The translations under genes and the position numbers were made by a program. This document shows positions 51,437-64,000 of a DNA stretch of 64,000 nucleotides, one piece after another (within the stretch, counting starts at the first letter, position 1; each line of letters opens with the position of its first letter). Under the pieces are notes generated by a model. That model was given only the letters and a program-made list of their open reading frames with translations. It was not told the DNA's origin and ran no database searches. Location of the stretch: the NCBI RefSeq assembly GCF_004010195.1, contig NC_057728.1, positions 49,275,065-49,339,064 of the forward strand, read 5' to 3'. This stretch comes from Chiloscyllium plagiosum. Its lineage: Eukaryota.

Positions 51437-53371
51437 GAAGGAAGGTTTGGCGGTCATATTTGGAGTCAGGATGTTCCACCAATAACTTTATGGTTGTAAA
51501 TTTGTGATAATAATGGACCACAAAGCCCTGCTGGATCTCCTTAAAGAGGACAAGGAAGTGCCGTCCACAGTTTCAGGCCAAACTCAGTGGTGGGCTGTAT
51601 ACTAAGTGTGTACAATTACAGGTTGGAACACTGTCCCGGGAAGGCAAAGTGGTAAATACTCATGCATTGAGCTGCCTCCCACTGGCAGATACACCAACAG
51701 TGGTGCCTGGAAGTGGTTTTAAATTTTCTGGATACGCTTCCAGTCACAGCTGACAATAGCAGACTTTGGACACAGGTAGACCCAGTTCTGCCAAAACTCA
51801 AACACCTGGTGGTGGTGGGGGAAGCCAAAGGGCCATCACAGCCAGAACTGAAACCTTTTTGGACTGGAGAGACCAGGTCACATAGAGGACGGAATATTAT
51901 TATGGGAAGCAAGAGTGATTGTCCCAAGCAAAGGTCCCTGCCAGATACTGGCTGAACTCCATCAGGGTCAACCAGAGGTTTCCAAAATGTGTACGTTAGC
52001 GAGATATTATGTCTGCTGACCAGGATTTGATGATGACATAAACATGTTGATTGGGCAGTGCCCAGAATGCCAACAAGGACAAACATTACTGCCAGCAGGT
52101 CCCTCACATTCATGGGAATGGCCGGGTAAACCCTGGACTCAGTTACACGTCGACTATACAGACCCTATCATGGGCTTGATGTTCTTAGTCATTGGCTGGA
52201 TGTGCATAGCGTTCACTTGTCAAATACAGGGACAACGATAGAAAAACTGTCTGCTTCTTTTGCAAGACACAGACTCCCTGAAGTGTTGGCCACAGATAAT
52301 TTACCAACAGGGAATTTGAGTATTTCCCGAAGTCGAATGGTATTCAACATATTAGGAAAGCTCCATACCATCCAACATCAAATTGTGGGGCGGAAAGAGA
52401 AATCCAATTGATTACAGGCTTAAAGAGAGCGTATAGTTTGACTAGATTCCAAACTGTCCAGATTCTTATCTGATTATACTACATGCAACTACAGGGATAG
52501 GTCTAGCTTAGTTGCTGGAGGACACTCCCCTTCAGGTTAAATTGGATCTTCCCAGACCTGAGGGGGGAAAGGGTGTGGGGTGTGAGAGGGTGAAATGGCA
52601 TCAGGAATGCTAATGGTGGACACAAGACTATGTTAAGCAACAGAAACAGTTTACTTCGGGGATGACGTTTGGTGTAAGAATCACAGGAATGGCCCCGTGT
52701 GGCTAAGAGGCATGGTCAACGCGAGGTCAGGTCCCGTGATGTATAAAGTTCAGGGAGGTGTGACGGTCCTGAACGAGCATGTGGACCATACGAAAGCTGC
52801 AAACTCACAAACGGTGAGGAAGCACTTGGTGCCCTGCTCCTCGACAACCTTTCCAACTGTTCTGGAACCCATGGATTCTCCCTCTCCGTCAAACTTTGAA
52901 GATACCTCAGAATCTGAGATGGACATGGCAGGTGTCACTGCCTCGACACCTTTGCTGCCTAAAGGGGGGAATAAATTTCTTCCGAAACGCTCTGGGCGCA
53001 AGAGGCAAGCTGCAGTGTGTTACTCTTTGCCTGTATCAAAGGGAAACTTGGAGGCACTTGGCCCAGTGCTAAAACGCCTCAGGAGGAGCTACAAAAAAAA
53101 GATCCGGCCTGTGTCCTCAGACTCAGAGGGGGAGGGATGTAGAGAATGTAACATGGTCAGCCAGGTAGACGTCACAGTATATGAGTTCCCTGATTGGGGC
53201 TATTAACCTGATCCAAACAGGGAACTCTGGCTGACAGATATAAACAGGAGTGTCAGAGTGTCTATTCACTCTGAGAGCTAGCTCTGAGGGAGCTGGGTCA
53301 GTGTCAAGGACTCTCCACATGTAAATAAAGTGTGACTTGGCACTGGGGTACTGGCCTCTGGAGTTATTTCA
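51437..53371 (+). mobile_element. Decayed Gypsy LTR retrotransposon 3' half (RNase H end, integrase, PPT, 3' LTR)
   Basis: LYGCKFVIIMDHKALL, QCPECQ, WEWPGKPWTQLHVDY, FARHRLPEVLATDN, WLRGMVNARSGPVMYKV. PPT agagggggaggga at 53125-53137; LTR TG...CA at 53138-53371 with TATAAA and AATAAA. Confidence 0.92.
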
Positions 53372-54147
53372 GCATCCATAAAGGATTTCTAAATAAATTC
53401 ACTCATGGGATGCAGGCTGGACCAGCATTTCTTACCCATCCCTAGTTGCCGTGGATACAACTGAGTGGCTGATGGTCCATATCAAAGAGCATTTAAAAGT
53501 CAACTACCTTGCTGTGGGTCTGGAGTCTCATGGTAGAACAGGTAAGAATGACAGTTTCCTAAAGGATATTTTGGGAATCAGACAGGGTTTTTTCTGACAA
53601 TGGTTTGATAGTCATCATTAGACATTTAATTCCGGTTTCTTAAAATAAAATGAATTCAAATTCCACCATTGCTGTAATGAGACTCAAACCCAGGTGCCCA
53701 GAACATTACCTCGGTCTCTGGATTACTAGTCTAGCAACAATAATTCTGACCCTTAGCCTCCCCTAGGCTTCTATAGCTCCATTTAGAAAGGATTGATGAG
53801 ATGGTTCTAGGAGTTAATCCACTGGGCCTAAGTTAAGGAACAGAAGGGAAGCAGTTATCTTATGTGGAGATTTTCTGGCTACAGTTTGAACACTGACGAG
53901 GAGATAGATGAGCAAAGTTTTCAAAGTTGTGTAGATAAATTAGAATAGTGATATTAGGATAGGTTAGTCACCCTTGGGAAAAACAGTGCTCAAGGTAAAG
54001 AAGGAGAGAAATTTTCAATGTCTGTGATGGAGAACTTTCTCAACTAGTGGACTGGATTTTGCCATGGAGTTAAGTGTTCAGGTTAGAAGGAGCACAGAAA
54101 ACAGAACTACAAGGAATGATGAGGAGACACCTCAGCCTTTTCGTTCT

Positions 54148-54450
54148 GGGCGGCACGGTGGCACAGTGGTTAGCACTGCTACCTCACAGCGCCAGAGACC
54201 CGGGTTCAATTCCCGCCTCAGGTGACTGACTGTGTGGAGTTTGCACGTTCTCCCCGTGTCTGCGTGGGTTTCCTCCGGGTGCTCCGATTTCCTCCCACAG
54301 TCCAATGATGTGCAGGTGAATTGGCCATAGTGTTAGGTAAGGGGTAAATGTAGGGGTATGGGTGGATTACGCTTCGGCAAGTCGGTGTGGACTTGTTGGG
54401 CCGAAGGGCCTGTTTCCACACTGTAATGTAATGTAATCTAATCTAATCTA
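54148..54450 (+). mobile_element. HE1 SINE, full length, young
   Basis: GGGCGGCACGGTGGCACAGTGGTTAGC...GGGTTCAATTCCC; CpGs retained; (AATCT)n tail. Confidence 0.97.
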
Positions 54451-54934
54451 AAAAATAGGGAGAGGTCAACTTAGAAAACCAAACTCTCAGAGATGGTCAA
54501 TCGAGACACATGTTCCAGCTAATAGACAGTAATGATAAGAAAGACAGATAATCTAAAGTTTGACTGTTCAAATGGCTCAGTAGGCAGCTCTAATACTTTT
54601 GCACCAAAAGGTGCTGGGTTCAAGTCCCACTTCAGGACCACGTGTCCCTAAATGGACTCAGGAGAGGCAGACCAGCTTGTAGTATGGGTGCCAGTCCACG
54701 GTCCACATAAACATGGACCACTAATGGCATCCAACTGTAAAACAACCAGTCCCACAAAGAGTAAACCTCAACCTGGATTATTAGCCTCGAGCACATTGTC
54801 CTGTCTACAGCCAAACAGCTCATGACCAGTTCCTCACTACGACCTTTGTATTCTGGAGCCTGGTGGAGATTCAGGCAAGGGCTTGAATGGGTTTTCAGTT
54901 TCTTCATTCTTGGTACAGTGCATCGAGGGGTCAA

Positions 54935-55320
54935 ACGTGGCTCACTGAGTAGTGGTTTTGCCTCTGAGTCACATGTTTATGGGCTCAAATCCCAACTGGG
55001 AGATTGCATGCAAATTCTAGGCTGAGGGAATGGTACACTGTTGTTGATGTACTCTTTCAGATGACATGCTAAACTGCAGCCTGGTCTAGCTGTGTACAAA
55101 ATCTAAGGACACAATTGGAGGAAGAGGGGTAGCATTCTGCAACAAACATGACGAGAAACACATTATCTGTTCATTATCCTGTTATTGTTTGGGGTAATAT
55201 ACTGTGTGCAAACTGGCTGCTCCTTCTCCTACATTACAATTGTGACTATACACATGAAATATACTTAATGAGTTGTGAAGTCCTTTGAGATTGTAGAAGC
55301 CCTACATAAATGTAAATTAT
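54935..55320 (+). mobile_element. Deu-domain SINE (SacSINE1-like), old
   Basis: tRNA head gtggctcactgagtagt...tctgagtcaca, Deu-like core ctttcagatgacatgctaaac, L2-like tail. Related remnants at about 140-300, 7360-7610, 27070-27420 and 44400-44700. Confidence 0.7.
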
Positions 55321-55609
55321 TGTTTTTTTAAACTGTTTATATATGTTTGGATAAGCCACTTTAGAGAGTTCTGTAGAAGAAATCATGTGAAGCCATATAA
55401 TTCCATTTATCCTAATCTGTAGCACCATAGTGCAACAGGAGATTAAAACACATGGTCAGCCTGAAGATCATGAAGCAGTGTTTCTTTATTCCACTAGCAT
55501 CAATTCTTTAAAAACCTGAAAGGAAATTAAGGTCAAACTAACAAACCATAGTACTTGCATAGAATTAAGCATATAGTTCATATCTGGTTGAAGAATTCCT
55601 TTAGTGTGT

Positions 55610-55975
55610 ATCGCCCTCTCTCTATAAGGCCCTTTCTGACAAAGTAATGCATTGTGTGAGCTGAGATGTCACCTTTTTTATACTGATAAAACCTTAAGTT
55701 ATCTCAGGACTGTGATTTCAGAGAAGTTCTGGGATTTACATATTAATCAATCGAAACCGGTATTCCCATTCTAAGTGACTAGAGACTTAACAGCAATCTA
55801 GGTTTGTTCAATACATCGCATCAGTTGTATGACACTTTGATCTTTTACTATAAATTCTGTGTCCTATGATCCTGCCCCACTATCTAGCTGATGAAGAAGC
55901 AGCACTCCAAAAGCTTGTACTTTCAAATAAACCTATTGAACTATAACCTGGTGTCCTGTGATTTTTAACTTTGTC
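55610..55975 (+). mobile_element. Penelope-like pLTR fragment
   Basis: Ends ctgatgaagaagcagcactccaaaagcttg...ctataacctggtgtcctgtgatttttaactttgtc, the same family as 15889-16093. Confidence 0.75.
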
Positions 55976-56800
55976 CTGCTACCAAAGACTGCTTGAGTTC
56001 CCCTACCCATCCTATTCCTCACCATCGCCACCTGTACTGGAGGCCTTGCCACAACAGGTTACTGTCTGAGTAAGATGCTGAGGAAGGTGTTAGTTGAAAT
56101 AATGGAAGTGTCGTCAGGCTGGTGTGAAATATTAGAGTTTGCTAATGTATATAGCCTGATAAGACTGCAGCACAGAGATGAGTGATCAGATTAACACAGA
56201 CAGAACCTTCTTCTAAAGATGGGTTATTGGTTCCTGCTGTTGTGCACAGTGAGATCCCAAAGGGATTTTTTAAAAATCCATTGCAGTGATATTAGTTGAG
56301 GAGGAGATTTTGACCTTGGCACTGGGATAGAACTCTCTAGTTCTTCTTCAAAATAATGACCAAGTGATCTTTTAACATTTGACCTGAAAGATGTTTTTTT
56401 TTAAACAGTATCAGATCTCTCCAAGCACTGCAAAAACAAGAATGTGATCATCCAGCCTCCAAAAGGTAGGTTCTGGTTCCACCTCAGCTGGCAGGGCCTG
56501 CTCATGGGATCCAGTGACAAATTAAACCTGAGGCAAAGCTGACTTCCTCCCTTGAATTTCATACACTCTGTTCCTTCGAGGCTAATTATGATTTGGTATC
56601 TTCACCTCAACCATCCCACTGTCCTCTCCACTGATACACTGAAAGTCTGAGCGAGTAGGGAAGGAACAAAATGAAGAATAATTTGGTTTCTTCAGTATTT
56701 CACTGAGATTCCCACCTATATTGTCAGGACCAATACATTCATTAACCTCCAATAGTTAACAAAAAAAATCCACTGGAATACATTTAAATGTTATAATTAC

Positions 56801-56875
56801 CTGCCAAGGAGATCGTTGACTTGTTGAGTATTTAAATATCCACATAAATTCCAAAGAATCCTTGTCAGCGCCTCT
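56801..56875 (-). CDS. EFCAB6-like: EFCAB6-like coding exon B (75 bp, phase 2 to 2)
   Basis: Acceptor ttttatttggcacAG, donor AG|GTAATT; encodes (K)EALTRILWNLCGYLNTQQVNDLLG(S), in frame with exons A and C. Confidence 0.92.
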
Positions 56876-57149
56876 CTGTGCCAAATAAAACAGTTAATGG
56901 TCGATGAGTGGTTAATATGCCATCAACGACTTACTTTTATCTGGCTCTTTAAAGCACTAAAGTCTCCCAGATGCTTCACAAGAGAATTATTAACAGCATG
57001 CTGGAATTCCCTCCCTCATGGCATTGTGGGTCAACCCACAGCAGGTGGACTGCAGCGGTTCAAGAAGGCAGCTCACCACCACCTCCTCACAGGGCAACTA
57101 GGGACGGGCAATAAATGCTGTCCATCTAGCAACACCCACTAATGAAAAA

Positions 57150-57620
57150 AAAATTTAAAAAACACATTCAGCCAAACTATGCAACCTTTGGACAGATGAC
57201 TAAAACCTTAGCCAAAGGGAGAATTTCAAGGAGTGCCCTCAATGAAGAAAGTGATGTTTGGATTTGCCGAGGTTCCAGGATGGAATTCCAGAGTTTAAAA
57301 CCTCGAGAGCTGAAGGCACAATACAGTGATTGAAGGGATGCTCACAAGGCTAGAATGTGAACAGTATAACGATTGTACTGGGTTGTGATATTGGAGGAGA
57401 TTACAGAGAAAGTGGGAAAGGGGGCTAGGGAGAGGTTTACGAACCAGATGGGGACTGTAAAATGGAGGTGACTCCAGATTAGAAGATTGGTCAGTGAACA
57501 CTGGCTGATGGGTAAAGGGGATTTGAAGCGAGTCAATATATGGGCAGGAGAGCTTTGAATAAACTCACCTTTACAGAGTCTGAAAGATGGGAAACTTGCC
57601 CAAAGAGCTCTAGAATAGTT
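57150..57620 (-). mobile_element. L2-type LINE 3' fragment, old
   Basis: Reverse-complement similarity to the 1870-2480 element. Confidence 0.6.
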
Positions 57621-58799
57621 CGCTATGTTATTAGCCTATTTAAAAATATCACAAATTCATCTTTTGGTTACCTTGTGCCAGGATTAATCCAAAGGGTTAA
57701 GCAATTGTAATTAAAATCATAATATTACAAGAACAATAATAAGTACTTTCACTATGCCAGATTTTAAATGCTAATTAAAACAAAATCGCCCCAGTTCCTG
57801 AGAAAGTTGTTTTCATTTGGAAGAGCCTTAATTCTGGTTGGCACCCAGTGTGGCTAAAAGCCAACCAGGTAAGTGATTCGTGCCAGTTTCACACTGAGCA
57901 TACATTATCACTACCCAATTACCTGGAAAGGCTCACACTAATAGAGCTGCAAGATACTCCCACAGATTTTCCACTCACTTCTCTTGGCTCTGTGCCTCCC
58001 TGCTTTTTACAGCTTCGAGGGAGAAGGAACATTTATATAACACTTTATCATGTCCTCGAGATGTCTTATAATGCCTCACAGCCAATGAATTACTTAAATC
58101 TTAAAATGTAATTTAAAACATGCTCCATTCTTTCCATTGGGGTTTTCATTTTCTCAGCATTCCATATCCCAGTGGAAAAGAAAACCCTCAGGCAGAAATA
58201 AAATAACTCAGATGATGGCAGTGGCATTGTGGTAATGAACCGTTGGTTAACACTCTGGGGTAATAGATCCCACCATGGGACATGGTGGTGTTTCAATTCA
58301 AGTCTAGAATGAAATGCTAGTCTAATGTAGCCACTGTTGTGAAAACCCATCTGGTTCACTTTGGGGAAGAAAATCTGCCATCCTTACCTGGCCTGGCCAA
58401 CATGTGACTCAATCCATAGCAAAGTAGTTGACTGTTAACTGCCCTCTGATGGTGATCCTAGCAATGCACTCATACCAAGGGGCAATTGGGGATGAGCAAT
58501 AAATGCTGGCCTGGCCATTGACTGCCACATCCATGAATAATTAACAAAACATTTGGGAGCTGGCTCATGGGATCAGATGCCCAACGAATGTAGATGTGGT
58601 CAGGAATTGTGACATGTGATTAATCTGCATCTGTTCAATGTAATCGGTGCTGTCTGATAATCCAAGTGACATAGGTGGACAACGGTAAATGTGCTGGTGG
58701 GTGTTTGCCTGTCTCAGCAGGAAGCCCAGCATCACATACACTGTAGTACTTAGTGTCAGCCTTCACCCACTAGAGGGAAGTTTACTATGGCTGCAGCTG

Positions 58800-59050
58800 G
58801 GGAGTGATTGTGGAAGAGTGTCTGAGTGACAGGGGATGTAGGCTGTGCAACACAGCAGCGTGTGGAGGTTAGATTCTCAGATACAGTGTTCCAGGCCGTG
58901 GCATATGAGGGAAAGAGGAGGGGAAATGTCCTTTATCCACAGAGGACCCTGAGGAAATCCTGCAGACAAGCATTGAGGTGGGAATGGAAGCATGCTGTCA
59001 CAGATACAACCAGATGGACTTACCAAATGTGAATGAAGTGATATCTGCAA
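58800..59050 (+). mobile_element. PIF/Harbinger-derived Myb/SANT-like ORF remnant
   Basis: RFSDTVFQAVAYEGKRRGNVLYPQ...ALRWEWKHAV fits the Harbinger Myb/SANT-like pattern (RFS..E...L...V..R..VL......W..+A); it decays into stops. Confidence 0.6.
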
Positions 59051-59439
59051 TGCACCTCGTTTATTTATTCACCATGGGATGTGGACATTTATTGCGTATC
59101 CTTAGTTGCCCTTGAGAAGGCAGTTATGGACTGCCTTCTTGAACCGCTTGCTGTAGGTTGACCCACAATGTTCTTAGGAAGGGAATTCCAGAATTTTAAC
59201 ACAGTGACAGTGAATTAATAGTGATACATCACAGTCACGCCTTCTTAGCCACTGACAGTATTATCCATACCTCACTCTGAGGCTGCAGGTCTGTTAGCAA
59301 GAGGTACTAAATTCTTTACGTCGATGAAACCTGGCTTACATTCAGAGAGCAGAAATACACTTGGAACCTCCTGCTGAAACTCCTTCACTGCCTCTGTCCG
59401 TATCCCTCTTTGAGCATCACCTCCCTCTCACTCTGCATC

Positions 59440-60871
59440 AGTTGAGGTGCTGGAAGACCAAAGGTTAGCTAACGTGGTGCCACTGTTTAAGAAGGATGGT
59501 AAGGACAAGCCAAGGAACTATAGACCAATGAACCTGACGTCGGTGGTGGGCAAATTGTTGGAGGGAATCCTGAGGGACAGGACGTACATGTATTTGTACT
59601 GATTAGGGATAGTCAACATGGCTTTGTGCATGGGAAATCATGTCTCACAAACTTGATTGAGTTTTTTGGGGAAGTAACAAAGAACACTGATGAGGGCAGA
59701 GCGGTAGATGTGATCTATGTGGACTTCATTAAGGTGTTTGACAAGGTTCCCCATGGGAGACTAATTAGGTTAGTTCTCACAGAATACAGGGAGAACTAGC
59801 CATTTGGATACCGAACTGGCTCAAAGAAGACAGAGGGTGGTGGTGGAGGGTTGTTTTTCAGACTGGAGGCTTGTGACCAGTGGAGTGCCACAAGGATCCT
59901 CTACTTTTTGTCATTTAATAAATGATTTGGATGTGAGCATAACAGGTACAGTTAGTAAGTTTGCAGATGACACCAAAATTGGAGGTGTAGTGGACAGCGA
60001 AGAGGGTTACCTCAGATTACAACAGGATCTGGACCAGATGGGCCAATGGGCTGAGAAGTGGCAGATAGAGTTTAATTCAGATAAATGCAAGGTGCTGCAT
60101 TTTTGGAAAGCAAATCTTAGCAAGACTTATACACTTAATGGTAAGGTCCTAGGGAGTGTTGCTGAACAAAGAGACCTTGGAGTGCAGGTTCATGGTTCCT
60201 TGAAAGTGGAGTTGCAGGTAGATAGGATAGTGAAGAAGGCATTTGGTATGCTTTCCTTTATTGGTCAGAGTATTGAGTACAGGAGTTGGGAGGTCATATT
60301 ATGGCTGTACAGGACATTGGTTAAGCCACTGTTGGAATATTGTGTGCAATTCTGGTCTCCTTCCTATCGGAAAGATGTTGTGAAAATTGAAAGGGTTCAG
60401 AAAAGATTTACAAGGATGTTGCCAGGATTGGGGGATTTGAGCTACAGGGAAAGGCTGAACAGGCTGGAGCTGTTTTCCCTGCAGCGTCGGAGGCTGAGGA
60501 GTGACCTTACAGAGGTTTACAAAATTATGAGGGGCATGGATAGGGTAAATAGGCAAAGTCTTTTCCCTGGGGTTGGGGAGTCCAGAACTAGAGGGCATAG
60601 GTTTAGGGTGAGAAGGGAAAGATATAAAAGAGACACATGTGACAACTTTTTCACACAGAGAGTAGTCATGTATAGAATGAGCTGCCAGAGGAAGTGATGG
60701 AGGCTGGTACAATTTAAGAGGCATTTGGATGGGTATATGAATGGGAAGGGTTTGAAGGGATATGGGCCGGTTGCTGGCAGGTGGGACTAGATTGGGTTGG
60801 GATATCTGGTCGGCATGGACGAGTTGGACCGAAGGGTCTGTTTCCATGCTGTACATCTCTATGACTCTATG
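59440..60871 (+). mobile_element. CR1 (HER1-type) LINE, 5'-truncated
   Basis: 297-aa ORF with VTSGVPQGS, SKFADDTKIGG, LEYCVQFWSP; tctatgactctatg tail. Confidence 0.97.
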
Positions 60872-61966
60872 AGTAAGTGCCAAATTTACCAATGTTCTTA
60901 TGTTATGTCAGACACTTATCACTGGGAGTGAATCTTGTACTCAGAGTTGTAGTCATCATCACCAAGACCAACCTCACATGCCGTCACCAAATGATAATTT
61001 CATCCCAAACCAGTTAGTGAAGTGCAAAGCTAAGCACTCATATTTTTCCTGACAACAGATTTATTCACAGAATGGAGTATCACATATGTATGGTTCCTAC
61101 CTCCCAAAATACCTGTGTACTAGCAGTCTCTCTTTCTATGTGCTTTAAGTACTTACTTAAACAATCCCCTTCACTTTTGTCTCTTAATAGATAATTTACC
61201 CACAATGAACAACAAATTGTAACTACCTTGTCAAAGCACCCAAGACTTCCCCAAACACATGCGCAGCAAGTCGAAAGAAACCAGCAATTACCACAAGCTG
61301 CCAGGGATCCCTTTAAACTGGTGCTGTAAGGGTGCATGGGGAGAGAAAGAGGGCTTCCTCCATGCTACTGAATACTTGTTCAGCTTCATACAGTTAAGAT
61401 AGGGTGTTAGGTAGAATAACAAGGTCTCACATGTCAGCATTGAAATCAAATCACCTACTATATAATGACTGACATACAAGCTGCCTGTTCTATTCAGGCA
61501 TGTACTCCTAATGTCTGCATTAAGTCCATCACTCACATGACATTTGGCAAGGCTTGTGCTGGGCATATGCACACAAGGTGCAAATGGCATTTCGATAACA
61601 GAATTACACTGGTAGTGCTAAATGTATGGATGCTCAGAACCTAAACTGCAGTCCTAGACTATCCTCAAGGAAATTGGGATATGATGGGCCTAATGGCCTC
61701 CTTCTGTACTGTCACGGAATACACTGTTGGACAACAAGAATAAGCATTAATTAGTAATAATCTCATGCCATTCCAGTATTAACTTTGCATTAACAGGGAC
61801 ATACTGGAGAATCCAACTCCTTTTGGTCACTTTAAAGCAACAGTCAACCAACAAACTCCACACCCCAAATAAACTGCGATGTATTAAAAACAACAGGACG
61901 ATGTATTATCCATCAAGGTTTTTGGCTTTCTCCCAAAGGAAGTGCTGTGTAGAATTTATGACTTAC

Positions 61967-62064
61967 TTTGAAACTGTGCCTGCTCCCTTAGGATCATTCG
62001 TCTGAAACATCCGCTGAACTGTTTGAAAACTGGAGTTCAATTTCTCTCTGATCAAAGCCCTGAC
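61967..62064 (-). CDS. EFCAB6-like: EFCAB6-like coding exon A (98 bp, phase 0 to 2)
   Basis: Acceptor tcctttaactccAG, donor AA|GTAAGT; encodes VRALIREKLNSSFQTVQRMFQTNDPKGAGTVS(K), an EF-hand-like helix-loop. Confidence 0.92.
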
Positions 62065-63138
62065 CTGGAGTTAAAGGAGTCACAGCACACTGTGATAATC
62101 ATGATAGGAAAATGACAGATTAAATCAAATCAATGCTAGACATTCCCAGTGTGGGGTTTACACACAAGCCCTCACGTCCATGCACATTGATAAAACAGGC
62201 AAGAATAAAAATACACATGTTTGCATCTGTGGAGAGAGTAGCTAAGTTAATATTTCAAGTTGATGAACTCTTGTCAGAACTGCGTAAAGCTAGATTTTAA
62301 AGGAAAAGAGGATGGGGAAAGAACAAAAGGAAAGATTGGTAATAAAGTGAAACATAGGAGAAGAACAGGCCATTCAGCCCACTGATCCTGCTCCATCATT
62401 CAATACAATCAGGGCTAATCATCCTCGTTTTTTTTCTCATTGTAACCCCATATCCCCTTACATTGTTATTATTTAGAAAACAGTCAATCTTCACCTTACT
62501 CAATGACTGAGTTTTTATAGCTCCCTGAGGTAGAGAATTCCAAAGTTACACCACCCTCTGAGTGAAAAAACATCTCTCCTCATGAAGATGGGGGGATGAA
62601 ATAATAAGATGGATGATGGTGCGATGCAGAAGGTGGTGATAATGGTACAATGAAAGAAATAAAAGATTAATCCAGATGGGGGACATAAGGCAAACAGTTG
62701 CTGCCTGAAACAATGTGAGCAGTGGCTATAATTGCAGTCTATGTTCAGAAATCAGTAAAGTGTCTTAAAGGAATAAGAACTGCTACTCCTCAAGCTTTTG
62801 ATTCATTTCATCAGGACACTGCATGAAACCAAAGACAGGTTTCTGTTTTTTATTGCAGGTTATGACTTACTAGAGCTGAAAATGTGTTGACTTACTAGGG
62901 TCATCACAAAGATTAAAGTTTTTATAAAGTACATCAAGTCCCCAATTTACCTGACTTTCAGACCCAGGTTGATAGAAAGTGTGGACCAGGTTTATGTACT
63001 GAACGAGAATCATTATTTATTACAAGAAATTAGGATCTAGCTACATTTAACCAGTTATAAACCATTAGCATATAATAGTTAACTAAAACTTTAACCCCGT
63101 TATAAACTTCCTCTCACACCCACAGAGAGACAGAGTAA

Positions 63139-64000
63139 ATTGGGTGGCAGGGTGAAATGTGAGCAGGATGTTATGAGAATACAGGGTGACCTGGACAGGC
63201 TAGGTGAGTGGATGGATGCATGGCAGATGCAGTTTAATGTGGATAAATGTGTGGTTATCCACTTTGGGGGCAAGAACAGGAAGGCAGGTTACTACCTAAA
63301 TGGAGTCAAGTTAGGTAAAGGGGAAGTACAATGACATCTAGGTGTCCTTGTACATCAGTCAATGAAAGCAAGCATGCAGTACAGCCGGTAGTGAGAAAGC
63401 TAATGGCATGCTGGCCTTCATAACAAGAAGAATTAAGCATAGGAGCAAAGAGGCCCTTCTGCAGCTGTACAGGGCCCTGGTGAGACCGCACCTGGAGTAT
63501 TGTATGCAGTTTTGGTCTCCAAAGTTGAGGAAGCACATTCTGGCTATTGAGGGGGTGAAGCGTAGCTTCACAAGGTCAATTCCCGGAATGGTGGGATTAT
63601 CATATATTGAAAGATTGGAGCGACTGGGCTTGTATACACTTGAGTTTAGAAGGATGAGAGGGGATCTGATTGAGATGTATAAGATTATTAAAGGATTGGA
63701 CACTCTGGAGGGGGGAAGCATGTTTCCGCTGATGGGTGAGTCCAGAACCAGAGGACACAGTTTAAAAATAAGGGATAGGCCATTTAAAACAGAGTTGAGG
63801 AGAAACTTCTTGACCCAGAGAGTGGTGCATACATGGAATGCTCTGCCCCAGAAGGAAATAGAGGCCAAGTCTCTGGATACTTTCAAGAAAGAGATGGATA
63901 GAGCTCTTGAAGATAATGGAATCAAGAGGATAAGGGAGGAACAGGATACTGATTGTGGATGATCAGCCATGATCATAATGAATAGTGGTGCTGGCTCAAA
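63139..64000 (+). mobile_element. CR1 LINE 3' part (different subfamily), runs off window
   Basis: WQMQFNVDKC, LYRALVRPHLEYCMQFWSP, ESRTRGHSLKI. Confidence 0.95.

Larger units (their letters stand above)
7673..62064 (-). other. EFCAB6-like: Partial multi-exon gene encoding an EF-hand calcium-binding domain-containing protein 6-like protein (9 internal exons seen; 5' and 3' ends not found in window)
   Basis: Nine exons with canonical splice sites and matching phases total 911 nt (303 codons + 2 nt) with no stop: VRALIREKLNSSFQTVQRMFQTNDPKGAGTVSKEALTRILWNLCGYLNTQQVNDLLGSLGMAGLSRFSFADFVSRFQDTEIGKTEW...LKQKVHESGFSVESHFEPSCLRPGGVIAAEQLKQALNSMGLVISNEEFNHLWLRISKERKLEIPTEQLLRELGI...EDFIKILKDKMEEACASVLHEFAKYDKEASGLISKTAFRHALADLKISMFVMDLEHLLA. 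The repeating 'L+eKl..f..+...F...D..g.G.+s+..f..+L' architecture is typical of EFCAB6-family proteins. Family assigned from memory of the motifs; orthology not established. Confidence 0.85.

Noticed and set aside
54148..54220. tRNA gene
   Set aside because: A/B boxes belong to the HE1 SINE head and run into the V-domain and CR1-like tail.
59804..60697. 297-aa RT ORF as an active or host gene
   Set aside because: 5'-truncated CR1 copy with indels and no endonuclease domain.
61227..61323. Calpain-like GNCWFLS peptide in a candidate minus-strand exon
   Set aside because: Only a short motif matches, and including this 97-bp segment between exons A and B would frameshift the gene; likely chance.

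Overview
Vertebrate genomic DNA from a shark. The repeat content (HE1 V-SINEs with AATCT tails, HER1-type CR1 LINEs, Deu-domain SINEs) fits an elasmobranch, probably a carpet/bamboo shark (inference). Most of the window is intronic sequence of a minus-strand gene that the ORF track largely misses. I read nine GT-AG exons (62064 down to 7673) whose phases chain without a stop into 303 codons of a multi-EF-hand, EFCAB6-like protein. The gene appears to continue past both window ends. The introns hold nested retroelements: CR1, a second CR1/L2-group LINE with its partner SINE, Rex1/Babar, L2, Tx1, two decayed Gypsy elements and Penelope-like elements. Four unrelated Penelope-type repeat families carry minimal hammerhead-ribozyme cores. 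There are also a Tigger-like MITE, a Harbinger Myb/SANT remnant and several tandem repeats, including about 46 identical copies of a G-rich 33-mer. No rRNA, true tRNA gene or CRISPR array was seen.
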